Source of the DNA: the human T2T-CHM13v2.0 reference genome, Homo sapiens
Reading direction: 5' to 3' (one strand)
Length of the DNA: 64,000 bases
Assembly: GCF_009914755.1 (NCBI RefSeq)
Contig: NC_060937.1
The notes beneath the pieces are model-generated. The model did no database searches, was not told the DNA's origin, and was given only the letters and a program-made list of their open reading frames with translations. The position numbers and the translations under genes are program-made. The stretch's first letter is position 1; each line of letters opens with the position of its first letter. This document shows, one piece after another, positions 28,666-43,359 of this stretch.

Positions 28666-31600
28666 TGTTAACGAGAAAAATAATTAGTTGACTAAAGACA
28701 TATGCCATAGTACAACAGGTACGAAGTCAGTGTGATGTTCAAAATTTCTAGGACTCTTTGTGACTTTAAATATTAACTTGACTTTCATAAATAGTCTTTA
28801 AAATTTTGTGGCCAGATGATGTAGCAAAAAAATGCAAAGAGTGATGTTATTCACTAAGCCCGGAAAGCTCAATATACCAAATTTGTAATCCGTGTAAGTC
28901 AATCAACAAATTATATTTGTGACTTTATATTACAATTCCATTTTTTTTTCTGTTTGCATGGGCATTTACTACTTAATCTCACAATGGCTGCCCACCACTG
29001 TATTCACAGCAGACTTTTTCAGTGTCCTATTCACTTAACATATTCTTCCCTGATCTCTAACCATATGTTTCTCTCTTACCACTTGATTGCTAAGACAGGA
29101 TAGATTTCCTTGCATAATTAGAACATATAAAAACCTATTAGTTTACAAAAAGTCTATCCTTTGACAGATTCATAAATATGAGAGAGAACCAACATTCTGA
29201 CAAAGTTTACCATCAATTTCTTCCCATTTGGTTTATTTGGCTTCAGCAATTTGAAACTATACCTTGCTGTGTGTAAGAAATGGACTCTGTATAGCAAATA
29301 CATTCACGTGTTTGTATACCTGAACATAATGTGCAAGTGATTTCTCATAGGAGAACCAACACAATCCTCCCTAAAACAAACTAGAGAAATGACTACTTCC
29401 ATAGATTCTTTTGTCTGGGCAGAAAAATGTCTGGAGATAAAACTACTGTGAGATAATTGTTTCTACAATAAGTCTATGGGTGACAGCTTAACAGTGGTTT
29501 GAGAAAGAACAGATATGCATCTCCTTTAAGCAGATATACAACATTGATACTTTTATCAGCCATTTCCTGCAGTATTTTACTAAAAATGCACTCAGCTGTT
29601 AACTCTCTAGCCAGAAAACTTTCACATGAATAAAGATAAACCTTAGGTACTTAAAGCCCACTTTAGCCACTGAACTACTGGGGGCTTACTACCTGCCTAA
29701 GGTTCTGGTGTCTAATCTGTGGGACTTTGTACACCGATAGTTATTTTTTGCTAGTGGAAAATATTAATTAAAGTAGAGCCCTTGGACCATGATGTATAAT
29801 TAATAAATTATATTATTAAAGTATAAACCTCTACCATGCTTCATTGTTCAGTAATTAAAGTTAGACATTTCACCTTATTGAATATATCTTATTACCACCC
29901 AATAGGAAGAATTTATTAAGACTTTATTTAAAACAAATAGGAACAAGTATGGGCAATGAAGACTAACCCTGAATGATCAAAGCTGTGGGAAGGAAAGCTG
30001 GAAGGATGAGGATAACGTAGTGCCTTGTTGAAGAAGGAAGAGATTTGGATTAAATTGAAATTGATTGGGTTTCTAAAATGGATGAGGATCATTTCTGACT
30101 TTTTCTATATCTATTATATTTTGTCTATTATCTTATTTAGTTACAAAATCTAGTAACCTATTATCCACAGATTTTTAGGGGTAGATGTTTTCTACATTAC
30201 AAAACAATAATAATAATAAAATATAAACTTGTCTGTAGAGTACGTCATATAACTTTCTATTATATTTCAATCTTAAGCTGTCCGAATAACTGCAATGGGA
30301 ACGGCACAACTTCCTGCCATCTTCTCGTGATTGATGGGCTCTCTTGTCTCTCTGTTTGCCTTTGCATGTTCCTCTTGGCCTTTGGGTGTGTAGTTCCCAT
30401 TGCAGGGCTAATAATCCATTAAGTCACAGAAGCAAGTCTCCCATCAAGAGTTTAGAAGTCATCATGGTGCCATTGTTGCCACAATCTATGGAATCTTATA
30501 ACAGAGAAAAATAGCTGTCCCCATTGGGCCCAATTCTCAAAAACGTAAGAGCACATTACTCCCCTTAATCATGATGACAGAGAAGTGTGTGTAAAGATTT
30601 GGGAACTGATAACAGGTATACACAAATCTGCCATATGTTACCATGATGAGTAGGCTAAGATCAGCTTACAGATATAAATATAGATATCGGTATAGATATG
30701 AGTATGGAGATATAAGTATGGATAAAGACATATGCAGAGATGATGGATAGATAAATAGAGCCTTATGGAGAGAGGGACAGGGGAAGGCAGGGGGAGAGAG
30801 AGAGAGAGAGAAAATATCTCCAAAGAAGTAATATGTTTTCTTTCTTGACATGTTTGCACTAATGACTATTTCTCTTCATTCTCCTCATCACCAGTTTCTT
30901 TCAAAATATCCCTAGATAAATATAGTCCTTATTGGAATGACATTACCTCATTCCAAAAATCTGTCCTCTATTATCACACTTCTTTGTAGAACCCCCTTTC
31001 AGCTCTCATTACACATAAAATGTAAGGTCCCCAACAGTTTCATTCATATCACTTAATCCTCCTCTAGAAATACTTTAACGTGTCCACATTTGAAATTCTT
31101 ACACTACTATGGAGAATAGAAGCATGTGTGGAAAGCTTAGATCCCTCCCTAAAAATCAGATGCTTCATTAAAAAATAACTTTTGACAAAACTATTGTAAA
31201 AATTCTAAATACACACACACATAGAAATATCATTTATAATGAACTTTCATACACTCATTACCCAGATAAGTTAATTATCAGGATGTTGCACACTTGAAAG
31301 AGGTTTCTTTTTTGTTGTTATTGAAATATTTTAAAGGCACTGATAGGCATTATGTCATCTCAATCCTTTTACTTCAGTAATAATGACACAATTTACAGTA
31401 AATAGAAATAAAATTAACTCTTGTTTATTCCAGCATATTTTGCAAATAGCAAAATATGAGAATATTAATGATATAAACAAACTAAAATTTTATTAATAAA
31501 AAAGATAATTAGGCCCATCCATACATCGGAATTCAATATAGCTACTAATAATATATGGTAGATCAGTTCATCCATTCATATTAAGAGAAAGGTTTATCAC

Positions 31601-34515
31601 TGTATATCTTATTTTATAATGATGAAGATATATATCTATATAGAGATATAGATAGAAATAATGAGTGTAAAATATAATATTTTTAAGATAAATAAAATAA
31701 GCTATTAATATAAATATTGGTTGGGGAGAAGGAACTCGAGGGGTGGAAAAGGGGGCTCCGTATTCTGCCATTTTTATCATTCTGTATTATTTGAATTCAT
31801 ATACATACATGTATTACTCTTATTTAAAAATAATGGAAATCATTCTGTATCAAGATTACCTGTGCTAAAATCCTCACTTTTCTACTTGTACGTTGTATGA
31901 GCTTGAATTAGTGACTTTCTCTTTCTAGGCATCAGTTTACTCCTATACAAATGGGTTATTCATTTGTACCTACCTTCCGTAACTATTCTGGTGGTTAAAT
32001 TATTCATATGAAGACTGCCACAAAGATTCAATAAATTAGTTACTATTAGTACTTTTTAAGTACTTTCATCATTCAGATTTTATATAAATCCCCTACTTAT
32101 ATAAATGTTTGCTCAGTATTTTAAATAGTGTATGTTTACTTTAAAATATAAATATTTTATTTTAATAATGTTTCTTATTGTTTATGCACGTGCAAAGAGC
32201 ACACTGCATTAGTCATTGTATGGTTAACATTTTAAAAAGTCAGTTTTCGTGTTTCAAATTTTGAAACTTTAACTATGGTTTTACACAGGGTTATGCTTTG
32301 AGAATTTTGGAATGCTGGAATGTGTTTCTTTATTTAAAATATAATGTCATGCCTCATGCCAGAGCTGCCTAAGTAGCATACATTATAGGTTCAACCAATA
32401 AGTATTTTTTGATCTAGTACTACAATGTAGGAAGAAAATTGGAGCTAAATTGGAGCTATATGCAGAAACATTAAAAATATACTAGACCCTGCCCGCAAGG
32501 GGTTTGCAATACAGCAGGAGTTATTCAGGACATGCTGCTAGTGAATCAATGTAACCATGGAAATGCTATCTGACCCCTGTAGAATTACATTAGCACTCAT
32601 TTCGTCCCTTTATCTCATAGTGAGAAGGATATTTCTAATAAAACATAGTGACAATAACTCATGATTGAAAACATCTAAAATATTATTAATGCAAGTACAA
32701 TAATATAAAGAAGAGAGAATTCCACTGAATTGTAAAACCATATAAAAGTTTAAAAATTGTTTTAAACAATTAAATTAAAATTAAAATTTGACATTTTTAA
32801 AAATGTCAAAAGCAATAAAATCCCTTCCAGGATAAAGATAATAAATACTTACTATACCATTAAACTTTGATTTAGAATGAAAAAAAACCTTCATTTTACA
32901 CCTCCAGTAACATCAAAGGACACTATGCGCCTGCATCATCCATTGCCCTTATGAGTCCCACATTCTTGGTGATCACCCAAGTGTAAGAACTAACTCATCC
33001 CTAGCAGGAATATTGACCTGGTGGCATGAGAGTCATCTGAAAGTGTTGTAGACAATGACACTAATTTTTACAAGTAGATCTCATTTATTACCAACTGCAG
33101 AAGAAAGATTATGCTTCTTCGAGCAATATTTGAGTGTTTTCCTGTAATCTGTACAAACGCAATGATTTGTGGCTAAAAAAAAAAGAGGCGGTAGGGAGAA
33201 AGGAAATAAGATTGAGGAAACATGTAAAGCAGAATTACATATGAAGAGAAATCTCCTCTAATATCTCGATGGCCCGTCTTTGTGCTCTTTAGCTCTGATA
33301 CCTCCCTCCCAATTCAATAGCGCCTTATTGCATGGTGTTCTACTCAGATACGTTCATAATAGATTATATGTACTATAACTTGCCTCTTCTCTGGAAACAA
33401 CTGAGAATTCCACTTTAAGGAGGTTTTGGAACTCAAGGCTTCTCTTGGTATTTAATGCAGCTAAATGCATTTTGCAGCACAATTCTTCAACACTAGTGTG
33501 TGTCTAGGCTTGCTTGTATAATTATTTATGAGAAAGGATTATGACATGGGGAGAGATGAAGGGATTATTCAAGAAATCACTCTGCTTTTGTTAATAGGTT
33601 TATTTCATGACCTTCACTTTAATTCTTTACTCCTATCCCCTTTCCCAGTGGCATTTGCACAAACTTTAAGAGCAGTAATTACCATGTCTATCATACCAAA
33701 AATATACAAGCTAAATGAAAGACATAGAGGCATACTCCCTCCAATAATGTTGCAAAGAAACCATTAAATTTATGACAAAGCACAATGTATAATCAAATCC
33801 CCAGGCCACGCTTTCCATGACACTAAGGTGGCTGAATATTAACATACATATTCTCATATGTGCACACACACACCCCATGGCAAATTTTTAAGCCATTCAA
33901 CAGTCCTGTTCAACAGACTTAAAAATTGTGTTGAACAAAAGCCATTCTGTTGCACTCATTTGCAAAAGGATATAATTAGTTGTTCTCTCAGTTTTCTAGA
34001 TAAAGATGGCACATATGAAAAATAATAGGCTGTCAATACCCTAAAGGGTTAGCAGGATGAATTCAACAAAGGAATGTATTTTAAGACAACAACAGTTTAT
34101 TTTTTCCCCTAATATCTTTGGTATTTTGGGATCCGTTATGACATGAAAGCATGTGTTTAAAATGAAAAATGAGTGTATTTACATTTTACATATTTTTATA
34201 TTTAAGTCCTAAACTGCTTCTATTATAATTCAAAAATTAAAAATATATAAATAACCAACAGTAAGCTTACGAAGTTGAATAATGTGGAATAGCTCTAAAA
34301 AATAATTCCCAGGGCCAGTTTTGACCTACAAAGTGTATATTAACCAATTCAATTTATTTTTGTGCTTCAAAATAACTCAATCAATAGCATCTATTGAGAA
34401 ACTCATACATTTCAGTCACAGTTCTAACATAATTTTGCAAGAAAAAAATAAAAGGAAAATGAATAGTAACATAGGCTAATTATAAATTATTCATTGCATG
34501 TAAGTCAATGAAGAA

Positions 34516-35013
34516 TTTTTTTTTATTATTATACTTAAAGTTTTAGGGTACATGTGCACAATGTGCAGGTTAGTTACATATGTATACATGTGCCATGCTG
34601 GTGTGCTGCACCCATTAACTCGTCATTTAGCATTAGGTATATCGCCTAATGCTATCCCTCCCCCCTCCCCCTACCCCACAACAGTCCCCAGAGTGTGATG
34701 TTCCCCTTCCTGTGTCCATGTGTTCTCATTGTTCAATTCCCACCTATGAGTGAGAACATGCGGTGTTTGTTTTTTTCTCCTTGCGATAGTTTACTGAGAA
34801 TGATGACTTCCAATTTCATCCATGTCCCTACAAAGGACATGAACTCATCATTTTTTATGGCTGCATAGTATTCCATGGTGTATATGTGACACATTTTCTT
34901 AATCCAGTCTATCATTGTTGGACATTTGGATTGGTTCCAAGTCTTTGCTATTGTGAATAGTGCCGCAATAAACATAAGTGTGCAGGTGTCTTTATAGCAG
35001 CATGATTTATAAT
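34516..35013 (-). mobile_element. 5'-truncated L1PA (L1PA4-like) 3' end
   Basis: T-tail at left, complete 3'UTR, ORF2 C-terminus '...KHRMFSLIGGN' (34733-34975). Confidence 0.95.
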
Positions 35014-36433
35014 ATAGAATATGTTAAATGTGCGTATTTTAAATTACATTTCACTTGTCTTTGCTGTCCATAGCCAACTTTAAAAGAGAAAAACAAACTG
35101 GAATTGAGGGAGGGGAAGGAGATGGATCAGAAGAAAAAAGAGGGAATGAGAAGAAAAGTTGATATAAGAGGAAAAAACTATGGTACTGCTTCTGTCCATA
35201 GTGCACACTGATGCTCTATTTTACCAAGTGAAATGACCAAAACATACATATAAAAATATATATATTTTACCATCCAATAACTAAATACCTATACCTGTGT
35301 ATATAAGAAATATTTGGATATTTAATATTTGAATGAATAAAACAAATGTACCTTTTGATATTCTTTCCCCAGTGTATATATGTCTATATATCATGCAGGG
35401 AAAAAAAAAAAAAACTCACAAAATCTTACATTCAGTTTTAGGTAGCTTGCAGTCCTGCGAGGTCACTGAAGAATAACAGGTTAAGAACAATGGACTTAAT
35501 TCTGAGAGAAATAATGTATTAGGATTCCATTCCAATCCAATCCTTTCCATTACAAAAGTTAGGTTATAGATACGTTTACTTTTCCTTTTTAAATTCCATT
35601 AACTGTCACAAAAGCATAGCGTTCAGGAGGACAATCACAATTGGTAGCACTAGTCTATATTCTAAAATGCAATTGTAGTCTTTAACTTTCAAGTAGGGTT
35701 TCTTTTAACATGTTTGCTTCCCAAAACAGGTCACTCATTGGATTGGGCCCTGTAAAGGAGAGAAATTGATAAGCACTATAACCTAACAAGGACAGTGGAG
35801 GGTTCTTCTAATGGTGCTCTGTCAGGAAGCTGGGCTCTTCTCACTTAGAAAGCAGTGTGTTCTTATAAGCAAAGAAATGACCTCTCCCATCACTCAGTTA
35901 CTAAGAGGCCACAACACCTATTCGACCTAGCATCTATTTAAAGGAAATAACTGAAGCAAGACTAAGGCATTTCAGCTACCGATGTGAGCAGCAAGCTAGG
36001 GAGTGCAGGCACTGCCACTGACTCTGGGGTTCACAAGTCTCCTGTACCCTGAGGAGCGAAAGCTCTCCCAGAGTGAACATAATAAAAACTCCTCAAAATA
36101 TGTACGTAGAATACTGTCATGATCTATAGGCAAGAAGAGGGCATGTTAGAGAAGATTCGGAAGAAAATATATATAAGGATGTGTGTGTGCATCATGAAGC
36201 CATATAAAATAACCATAAGAAACATGAGGATTTTCAGAGACAATGAGGAAGAATCTCCCATGTGTAAGAAAACAAGAAAAGGACAATTGATAAAGCAACT
36301 CAGAGAAAGTTTTAGAATCTAGAGCAGCAGTTATCCAGTTATGGTGCTCAGGCAGGTCTCTGGGTGTCCCAATACACTTTTAGGGGGACTCTGGAGCCAA
36401 AACTATATTTATTGCCATAATATTAAGAAACGT

Positions 36434-36725
36434 TTACGCCTGTAATCCCAACACTTTGAGAGGCCGAATTGGGCGGATCACGAGGTAAAGAGATGCAGAC
36501 CATCCTGTCCAACATGGTGAAACCCTGTCTCTACTAAAAATACAAAAATTAGCCGGGCGTGGCGGCGGGCGCCTGTAGTCCCAGCTACACTACTCGGGAG
36601 GGAGGCTGAAGCAGGAGAATGGCGGGAACCCGGGAGGCGGAGCTTGTGGTGAGCCGAGATCACGCCACTGCACTCCAGCCTTGGCGCCAGAGAGAGACTC
36701 CATCTCAAAAAAAACAAAACAAAAC
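36434..36725 (+). mobile_element. Slightly 5'-truncated, CpG-rich Alu (Sc-like left arm, Y-like right arm)
   Basis: Dimer with gaaa(c/t)gt flanks; right arm gagaatggcgggaacccgggaggcggagctt. Confidence 0.93.
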
Positions 36726-37010
36726 GAAATGTATTTGTCTTTTTCACTGTGCTAACATTGCATAAGGGGAGCAAAACTAGTGGCGCATCAATGGCGAAAG
36801 TGCAGATGAAGAATCGAGGAGCTACCGCACTAGGTGCCACTGAAGTCTTCACTGCTACACACCCAGTGTAAACAAACAACCAAAAACGATGCTGCTTTTA
36901 GTTAAGCACGTCCTTGATGAAGCAGCGAAAAGTGTTCATTATGTGGAATTTCCATCCTGAGTACATGCCTTTTTCACATCCTCAGATGAAATCCAGCACT
37001 TCTGCTGCAC

Positions 37011-37043
37011 GGCAGCGTGACAGTTGACGGCAGGGGGCGCTCA
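37011..37043 (+). promoter_or_regulatory. CTCF-like binding site
   Basis: GACGGCAGGGGGCGCT (37026-37041) matches GCCAGCAGGGGGCGCT at 14/16; GGCAG at 37011 lies where the upstream module is expected. Confidence 0.6.
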
Positions 37044-38319
37044 TGCGGTCGTTGGAGTGAGAGTTCGCTGCCTACTTTTTGGTAGCTCTTCGCTTCTAAT
37101 TGAGAGAATGACTGACAAACCATGGTAATTCATAAGTAGGCATTTGGCAGACTTTTCTTTTTCAAACATGAACAAAGTGACCCTAAGGGAAACATCTGAC
37201 AGTACTTGTTATTCATTATAAAATTCTAGCTTTCAAGTGAAAAGCAGAATTTCGGAAAACGTGTGTGTGCCACCATTAGCTTGGCAGCTTACGGCTTCCA
37301 CACTTAAAACTCCTTTTGAGAACAGTGGTGGTATTAACAAGTGTTATTTGTATCATAAAATGTATCAACAATTGGAAAATCTGCAAAGCTTCATGAACAA
37401 ACCTTTTCCAAATGACCAATGCAAAATTCTGCAAAATCACTTTTGATTAAAAGATCTCTTCAAAGTGAAAGAACGACCAATCAATTTTAATGTAACAGGT
37501 TATAAGAATTTCACTGATACAGTTCCGGATTACACATTGCAACAAACATGTAAGAAATTACCACTTGTTTAGTGCTGATGTAGTTATCTATCTATCATCT
37601 ATCTATCTATCTGTACACATATATATACACACACATATATATACATATATATTCACAATTTTCTGAAAAGGTAATTGAAATACTCCTCTCTTTTCCATAT
37701 CCGTGCAAGGCAAAATTTCCTTCATACATTTTAACCAAAACAAGAGCCTGCAATAGACTAAATGCTGGAGCAGATGTAAAAATCTGAAAATCTTCTCTTC
37801 AGTCAGATGTCAAAATATTTGCAAAAATATGAAATAATTTTACTCTTCTCTAAAATGTTTCTAATAGAAAATATTTTAATACATGCATTATTTATATTAA
37901 AATAGTTTATTATTTCAACACATGCTTAAAATATTTTTCTCAGTTTAATATCTAATAAAGTGAATATTGATGGATGTATCCTATATAAAAAATAGTTCTT
38001 TGGGGTCCTCAATAATTTTCAAGAGTATAAAAGTGTCCTGAAATAAAAATGTTTTCAAATCATTGATCTTTTCTAGAAGAAGCATGTCTCTCTTAATTAT
38101 TGTTAAATTATTTGAACCTAGGACAGTGCCCAGCACAAGTAGTTGCAGAATGAATATTCAATAAAGGCAGGAATTAAACATGTATTCAATCTTAACTGAC
38201 TATAAAATTGCTAGTAATAATTTAACAAGACATTGTTTATAAAAGCTAAATGCATACTTGTGTATATCTACAAATATATATAGTCAACTCTTCAGGTTGT
38301 TTTACTTTAGCATTTTTAC

Positions 38320-39905
38320 TGACATATTTTTCACATAAGCAAAATTCACCAGTTACAAGAGTATATGTTAGTGTTTTGTTTGTTTGTTTTAGTATATTCA
38401 CTATGCTCTGCAACAATAAATATGAAATCCAGAATTTTCTGATAACCCAAAAAGAAACCCTGTACATGTTAGCTGTTAATGGAAATCTCCCGCCAGCCAC
38501 TGGCAACCACTAATCTATTTTATGCCTCTGTGCCTTTACTTGTTCTGAACATTTCTTCTGTATGGAATCATACATTATGTGGTCTTTCGTGTCAGACTTG
38601 TTTCACTTAGCATAATATTTTCAAGGTTCATCATGTAGTATGTAACACTACCGCATTCCTTTTTATGATGGAATAATATTCTATTGTATGAATATAATGG
38701 ACATGTGCCTTTTTTCTTCTTTTACCTATAATGAATATGCTGCTAGGAATATTGGTGTATAGTTTTGTGAGATAATTTGTCTTACTTCAGATATGGCTTT
38801 GTTGTGTCCCCACCCAAATTTCATCTTGAATTGTGGTTACCATACTTCCCACATGTGGAAAGGACATGGTGGGAGATAATTGAATCATGGGGGTGGTTTT
38901 CTCCATACTGTTCTCATGGTAGTGAATAAGTCTGATGAGATCTCAATGGTTTTATAAGGGCAAAGCCCCTTTCACTTGGCTCTCATCCTCTCTTGCTGGC
39001 TGCCATGTAAGACATGTCTTTCACCTTCTGCTGTGATTGTGAGTGAGGCCTCCTCAGCCACGTGGAACTGGGAGTCCATTAAACCTCTTTTATGTTATAA
39101 ATTACCCAGCCCCGGGGATGTGTTTATCAGCAGTGTGAAAATGGACTAACACACTTCTCTCAGGCATTTACCTAGCTGCGGAATTGCTGGGTCATATGGT
39201 AATTCTATGTTTAACTTGTTGAGGAACTGAAAACATTTTTTTTTTCATAGTGGCTGTACCATGTTTCATTCCTACTAGCAATGTATGAGGATTCCGATTA
39301 CTCTACATCCACACCAATAGTTGTTTTGTTTCTGTTTGCTTATTTTTTAATTATAGCCACCTAGTAGGTGCAAAGTGCTATTTCATTGTAGGTTTGATTT
39401 GCATTCTCTAATGACTAATGCTAGTATCTTTTCACTGCTTATTGGCCATTTGTGTATCTTCTCTGGGGAATAGCTTAATATTGAACTTTGCTCATCTTTT
39501 AATTGAATTGTGTTTTTACTGCTGATTTGTAAGAGTTCTTGAAGCATTCTAGATACTTAATACTTGTCAGACATATGTTTGCAAATATTTTCTCCTATTC
39601 TGTTACTTGCTTTTCATTTTCTTGATAGTATCCTTTAATGCATAAAAGTTTTTAATTTTGATAAAATCTAATTTATCGATTTTCCTTTGGTTGCTGGTGC
39701 TTTTGGCATCATATATAAGAACTCATTCCCTAATAAAAACTTTTGCATATTTTCACCTATGTTTCTTTCTAGGAGTTTTATATTTATACTTATTAAATTT
39801 AGATCTTTGATCTATTTTGGGTTAGTTTTTGTATATGGCATGAAGTGAAGTAGGTGTTCTGATTCATTATTTTACAGGTGGATATTCAGTTTCTCCAGCA
39901 AGTAT
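38320..39905 (-). mobile_element. L1MB-type fragment (THE1-interrupted)
   Basis: cactggcaaccactaatcta...; ggaattgctgggtcatatggtaattctatgtttaact; tgcattctctaatgactaatg. Confidence 0.82.
38789..39153 (+). mobile_element. THE1 (C/D-like) solo LTR
   Basis: gatatggctttgttgtgtccccacccaaatttcatcttgaattgt ... gtgtgaaaatggactaacaca. Confidence 0.9.
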
Positions 39906-42900
39906 TTTATTTATAATATTTACTTGGTAGTGTTCCCTTGGTATGTGGTGAATGAACCCAACAGCCTTGTGTGGAAGCTCCTTTTATTCTATTTTATTTT
40001 ATTTTTTTGGTCTGCTCAGTACATTTCTCCTTTTCTCTTATTTTCTCTAACAGATTCTGTTCTTCTTAAGCTGTCTGTCATTCAAAGATCTTTTTTGGCT
40101 TGCTCTGGTTGGGTCCTGTTGGCATAGCCTATCCAAATAAGATGACATGTTGCCAAAGCTACACATCTTGTTATTTAAAATAAGGCATAAAATTTGCTTA
40201 CAGACTGGATTTTAAAGGAAAAATGTAACTTTACATAGTATCTGTCTTTGAATCATTTACAGAGTGACCTGAACACCTTCCTGGTTTGAGAAGATTAGAA
40301 GAAGAATCTCTATCAGGACCAGTCTTCAGCCATAGGGGTTCTGCTTCTCGGCTTCTATAAACAACCAGACAAATAGTGACGGCCAAAGAAACTGTAGGGA
40401 ATTCATAGAATTTGTAAAAACTTGAAAAATTAAATCCTACATTTAGACCCAGATCTCTTAACATTATTTATGTTATGAAATAATAGTAATAGTAAAGGAA
40501 GAGTACAAGAGCAAAACAACAGATATATCCTACTGAAGTAACTTATGATTCACTTTCTACTAAAAGTATATAGAAAAATGTAGTGTTGAATTAGGAACAC
40601 TGTACAGGAAAAAAATGGATAAACCTAGTTTTTAAACACATTTTCACCTTGTTTGTCTGACAAATAAAAGAAAAATAGAAAAGTATATCTGATACCACAT
40701 CTTAGATTTTAATCTGGAAAAATCAAATACTAAACTGAGATCTTTGAGCTTACCTGGTCCAGATAAAGAAATTAAAGTCCAGAGGAAAAAATCATTTTGT
40801 CAAGGGCACATCTCTAGAGATGGAAGTTAGATGGAGAGCTAGAACGAGAACCTGTTGTGGTCTCACTTCCAGATAATGTTTTCAACCACAATACCACAAT
40901 ATCACTGCCTATATTTATAGTTCCCATGGCTTTTTCTGCTCTTTTTCTTGTTACGTATGGAATATTAAGAGATACCATCACAAGTCTCTTGTCTAAGAAG
41001 AAAGGCAAGAATAACAGCTACAATTTCTTTGGAAATACACTGTTAAACTGAGTCTCATTTTTGCAAGATTGCAGATTTCTTTTGAATCAAAAATTATAGT
41101 TTCTAAAAATAGCTATGAGTCTGAATTGTGCACATGATTTTTGTATCATCTAATATTTTGAAAAATTAAAGGGAATGGAATGAAATCTCTATATTTAAAA
41201 CTTTTTCACTTTTGCAAGAGCAGTTTGGTTATATTTATTTATCCACCTAATATTTATGGGGTGCTTAATATTTGAGCATATTTTTATTTTTTATTATATT
41301 TTGCAGAGATAAAACAGAAACTCAGTTTAATAAAGCCAAGCAAAAATCAGTGAGGGGTAGTATATTGCCATGAATATAAGATTTATAAAATAGAAATTAA
41401 ATATATTTCTGAATCATTAATTGGCCTATGGTTAGTACAAAAAACTACTAAAATAATATTTGAAGGATACTACATAATAAAATAGCCATCCTTTTAAAGC
41501 CATGACATCTCATGTATTGCTAATAACATAAAATCCAGTTGATAAACTTTTAAAAATAGTTTATATAATTCTGCTTGATGATGCAATAGACTTAGAATTG
41601 AAAGTGATATTAGATCACGTTTCAAGGTGTGCCAAATATCTTTCTAAAATTAATACTAAAATAGTACATAGAGTGTTTATATTTCACATGAAGTCTTTTT
41701 CTCTCCAGACATGACACTATTCTAAACTCGTAAGTCAAGATTAATTCAAAGAAAGGTTGGCCAATATAAAGATGTATCTGCTAAAATTATGTCACAGTGT
41801 CAATAGAATATATTTTTTAATCACTTTGTCCACATTCTATGATATTACACAAATCTTGACAAGTTTTAGTTTGAGATAATTGCAGTATTTCTTATAATTT
41901 TTATCAAACCACTGAAATTTGGGTATTTAAATCCATGTCACACATGGACTCATCTTAAACTGACACCACAATATTCAACTATGATCAATGGAAGAAAAGA
42001 GGCCCTTACTAAAATGAAGCATCCATTAGTTAGTTCCACTACAGCTGCAAACCTTTGATCATGACGGGTATTCTAGGAAACATCTTTATGTGGTAGGTTT
42101 TCTTCAATATATGGACTTTAGCTTTTCAGGACAAAAACTCTACACAGTGTGGGCAACCCAGATAGCAGTTCCTTGGTGAAAACACACTAACAAAGCTCAC
42201 GGGAGAACACTTTTTCCAGGAGCATGTAAATACATTTGGTTACAGTGAAAAATAAATCTGCTCGGAAGATGAACTGCTTACATTGGCTGGTCAGTTTAGG
42301 TGCTCTGCCCTTAAATATCTATTTGAGCCACCTGGATCTACGTTCCAGTAAAAGATCATGTACTATTTGGCAGCCCACAATTAATTCATATGTTAAGGAG
42401 ATGTCATAATATCTGCCCTGCTAATTCACAGTACTTCTGTAAAGGTAAAATAAGATTAATCATATTAAAATATACATAATCTTTCAAGAGAAGAAAAGAT
42501 CTTAACCTAAACAGGAAAAGAAGCAAAGGGCTCTATATTGTAAATTAAAAAATTAGATTTTATGAAAATAGACTTTTCCATCCCTGTAAGAACATACACA
42601 TAAGAACATATAAATACCTTTGCTTTAAGTATTTCCTTTTATTGCATGATATTCAATGCAATCTTGTTTTTATCTGAAGCTTTGTTAAGCTCAAGATACT
42701 GTTAAGATAAATTATACCATTTTAGTTATCATTTACCACTGCTGATAGTACATTTTTTTAAAAGTCGTCAAATTTATGAGTACCTCTGAATTTCAGCAAA
42801 AGTATATGTAATATCTAAACAGTTCCTTAATGGAGAGTTCAGAACAACAGATCTGACAAAAAATTATGGTCTAACCAAAGCTTCTGACCAAATCTTACTG

Positions 42901-43359
42901 TAAAACAGTAATAACAATTCAATTTATCAGTTGGTAGAATAGGTAGGTGCCTTCAAAATAAGACTAAAAGGGACAACAGAGACTAAGTCCATTTAACATG
43001 CCAATGGAGAGGCATGGCAAGGATTGGATTTGACAGCAGAGTAGTACAGCGGTCAGCAGCTAAGGCATCTGAGTCTAACAGAGTTTGGTTTGAATCCTTC
43101 AGCTGATGGTACCCAGGTAATCCGAGAAAGCCACTAATATTTTTTACCCTCTTAGGTGTTATATTAATTTCGTATTACATTTTAACACATTTTGAATCGA
43201 GGGATGACCTGCTTATAGCAAAGCACATGAAGTGCGGTAATGTGATTGGTCACCACTTTGAGACATAGGCCATGTTCAACACCCCAGGATTCCCCACATC
43301 CCTCCCCAGGCCATACCATGTAACCACTCCGATGGCTGCTGTCACCATTACAGAGTTTT

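Larger units (their letters stand above)
36325..38066 (+). mobile_element. Charlie1a-like hAT DNA transposon remnant (Alu-interrupted)
   Basis: Start ...gggtgtcccaatacacttttagggggactctggagccaaaactatattt; end ggggtcctcaataattttcaagagtataaaagtgtcctga...tcattg. Confidence 0.82.

Noticed and set aside
36478-36879. 133-aa minus-strand ORF and other Alu-derived ORFs
   Set aside because: Standard antisense-Alu translations (SPRLECSG..., [12 protein letters not shown])
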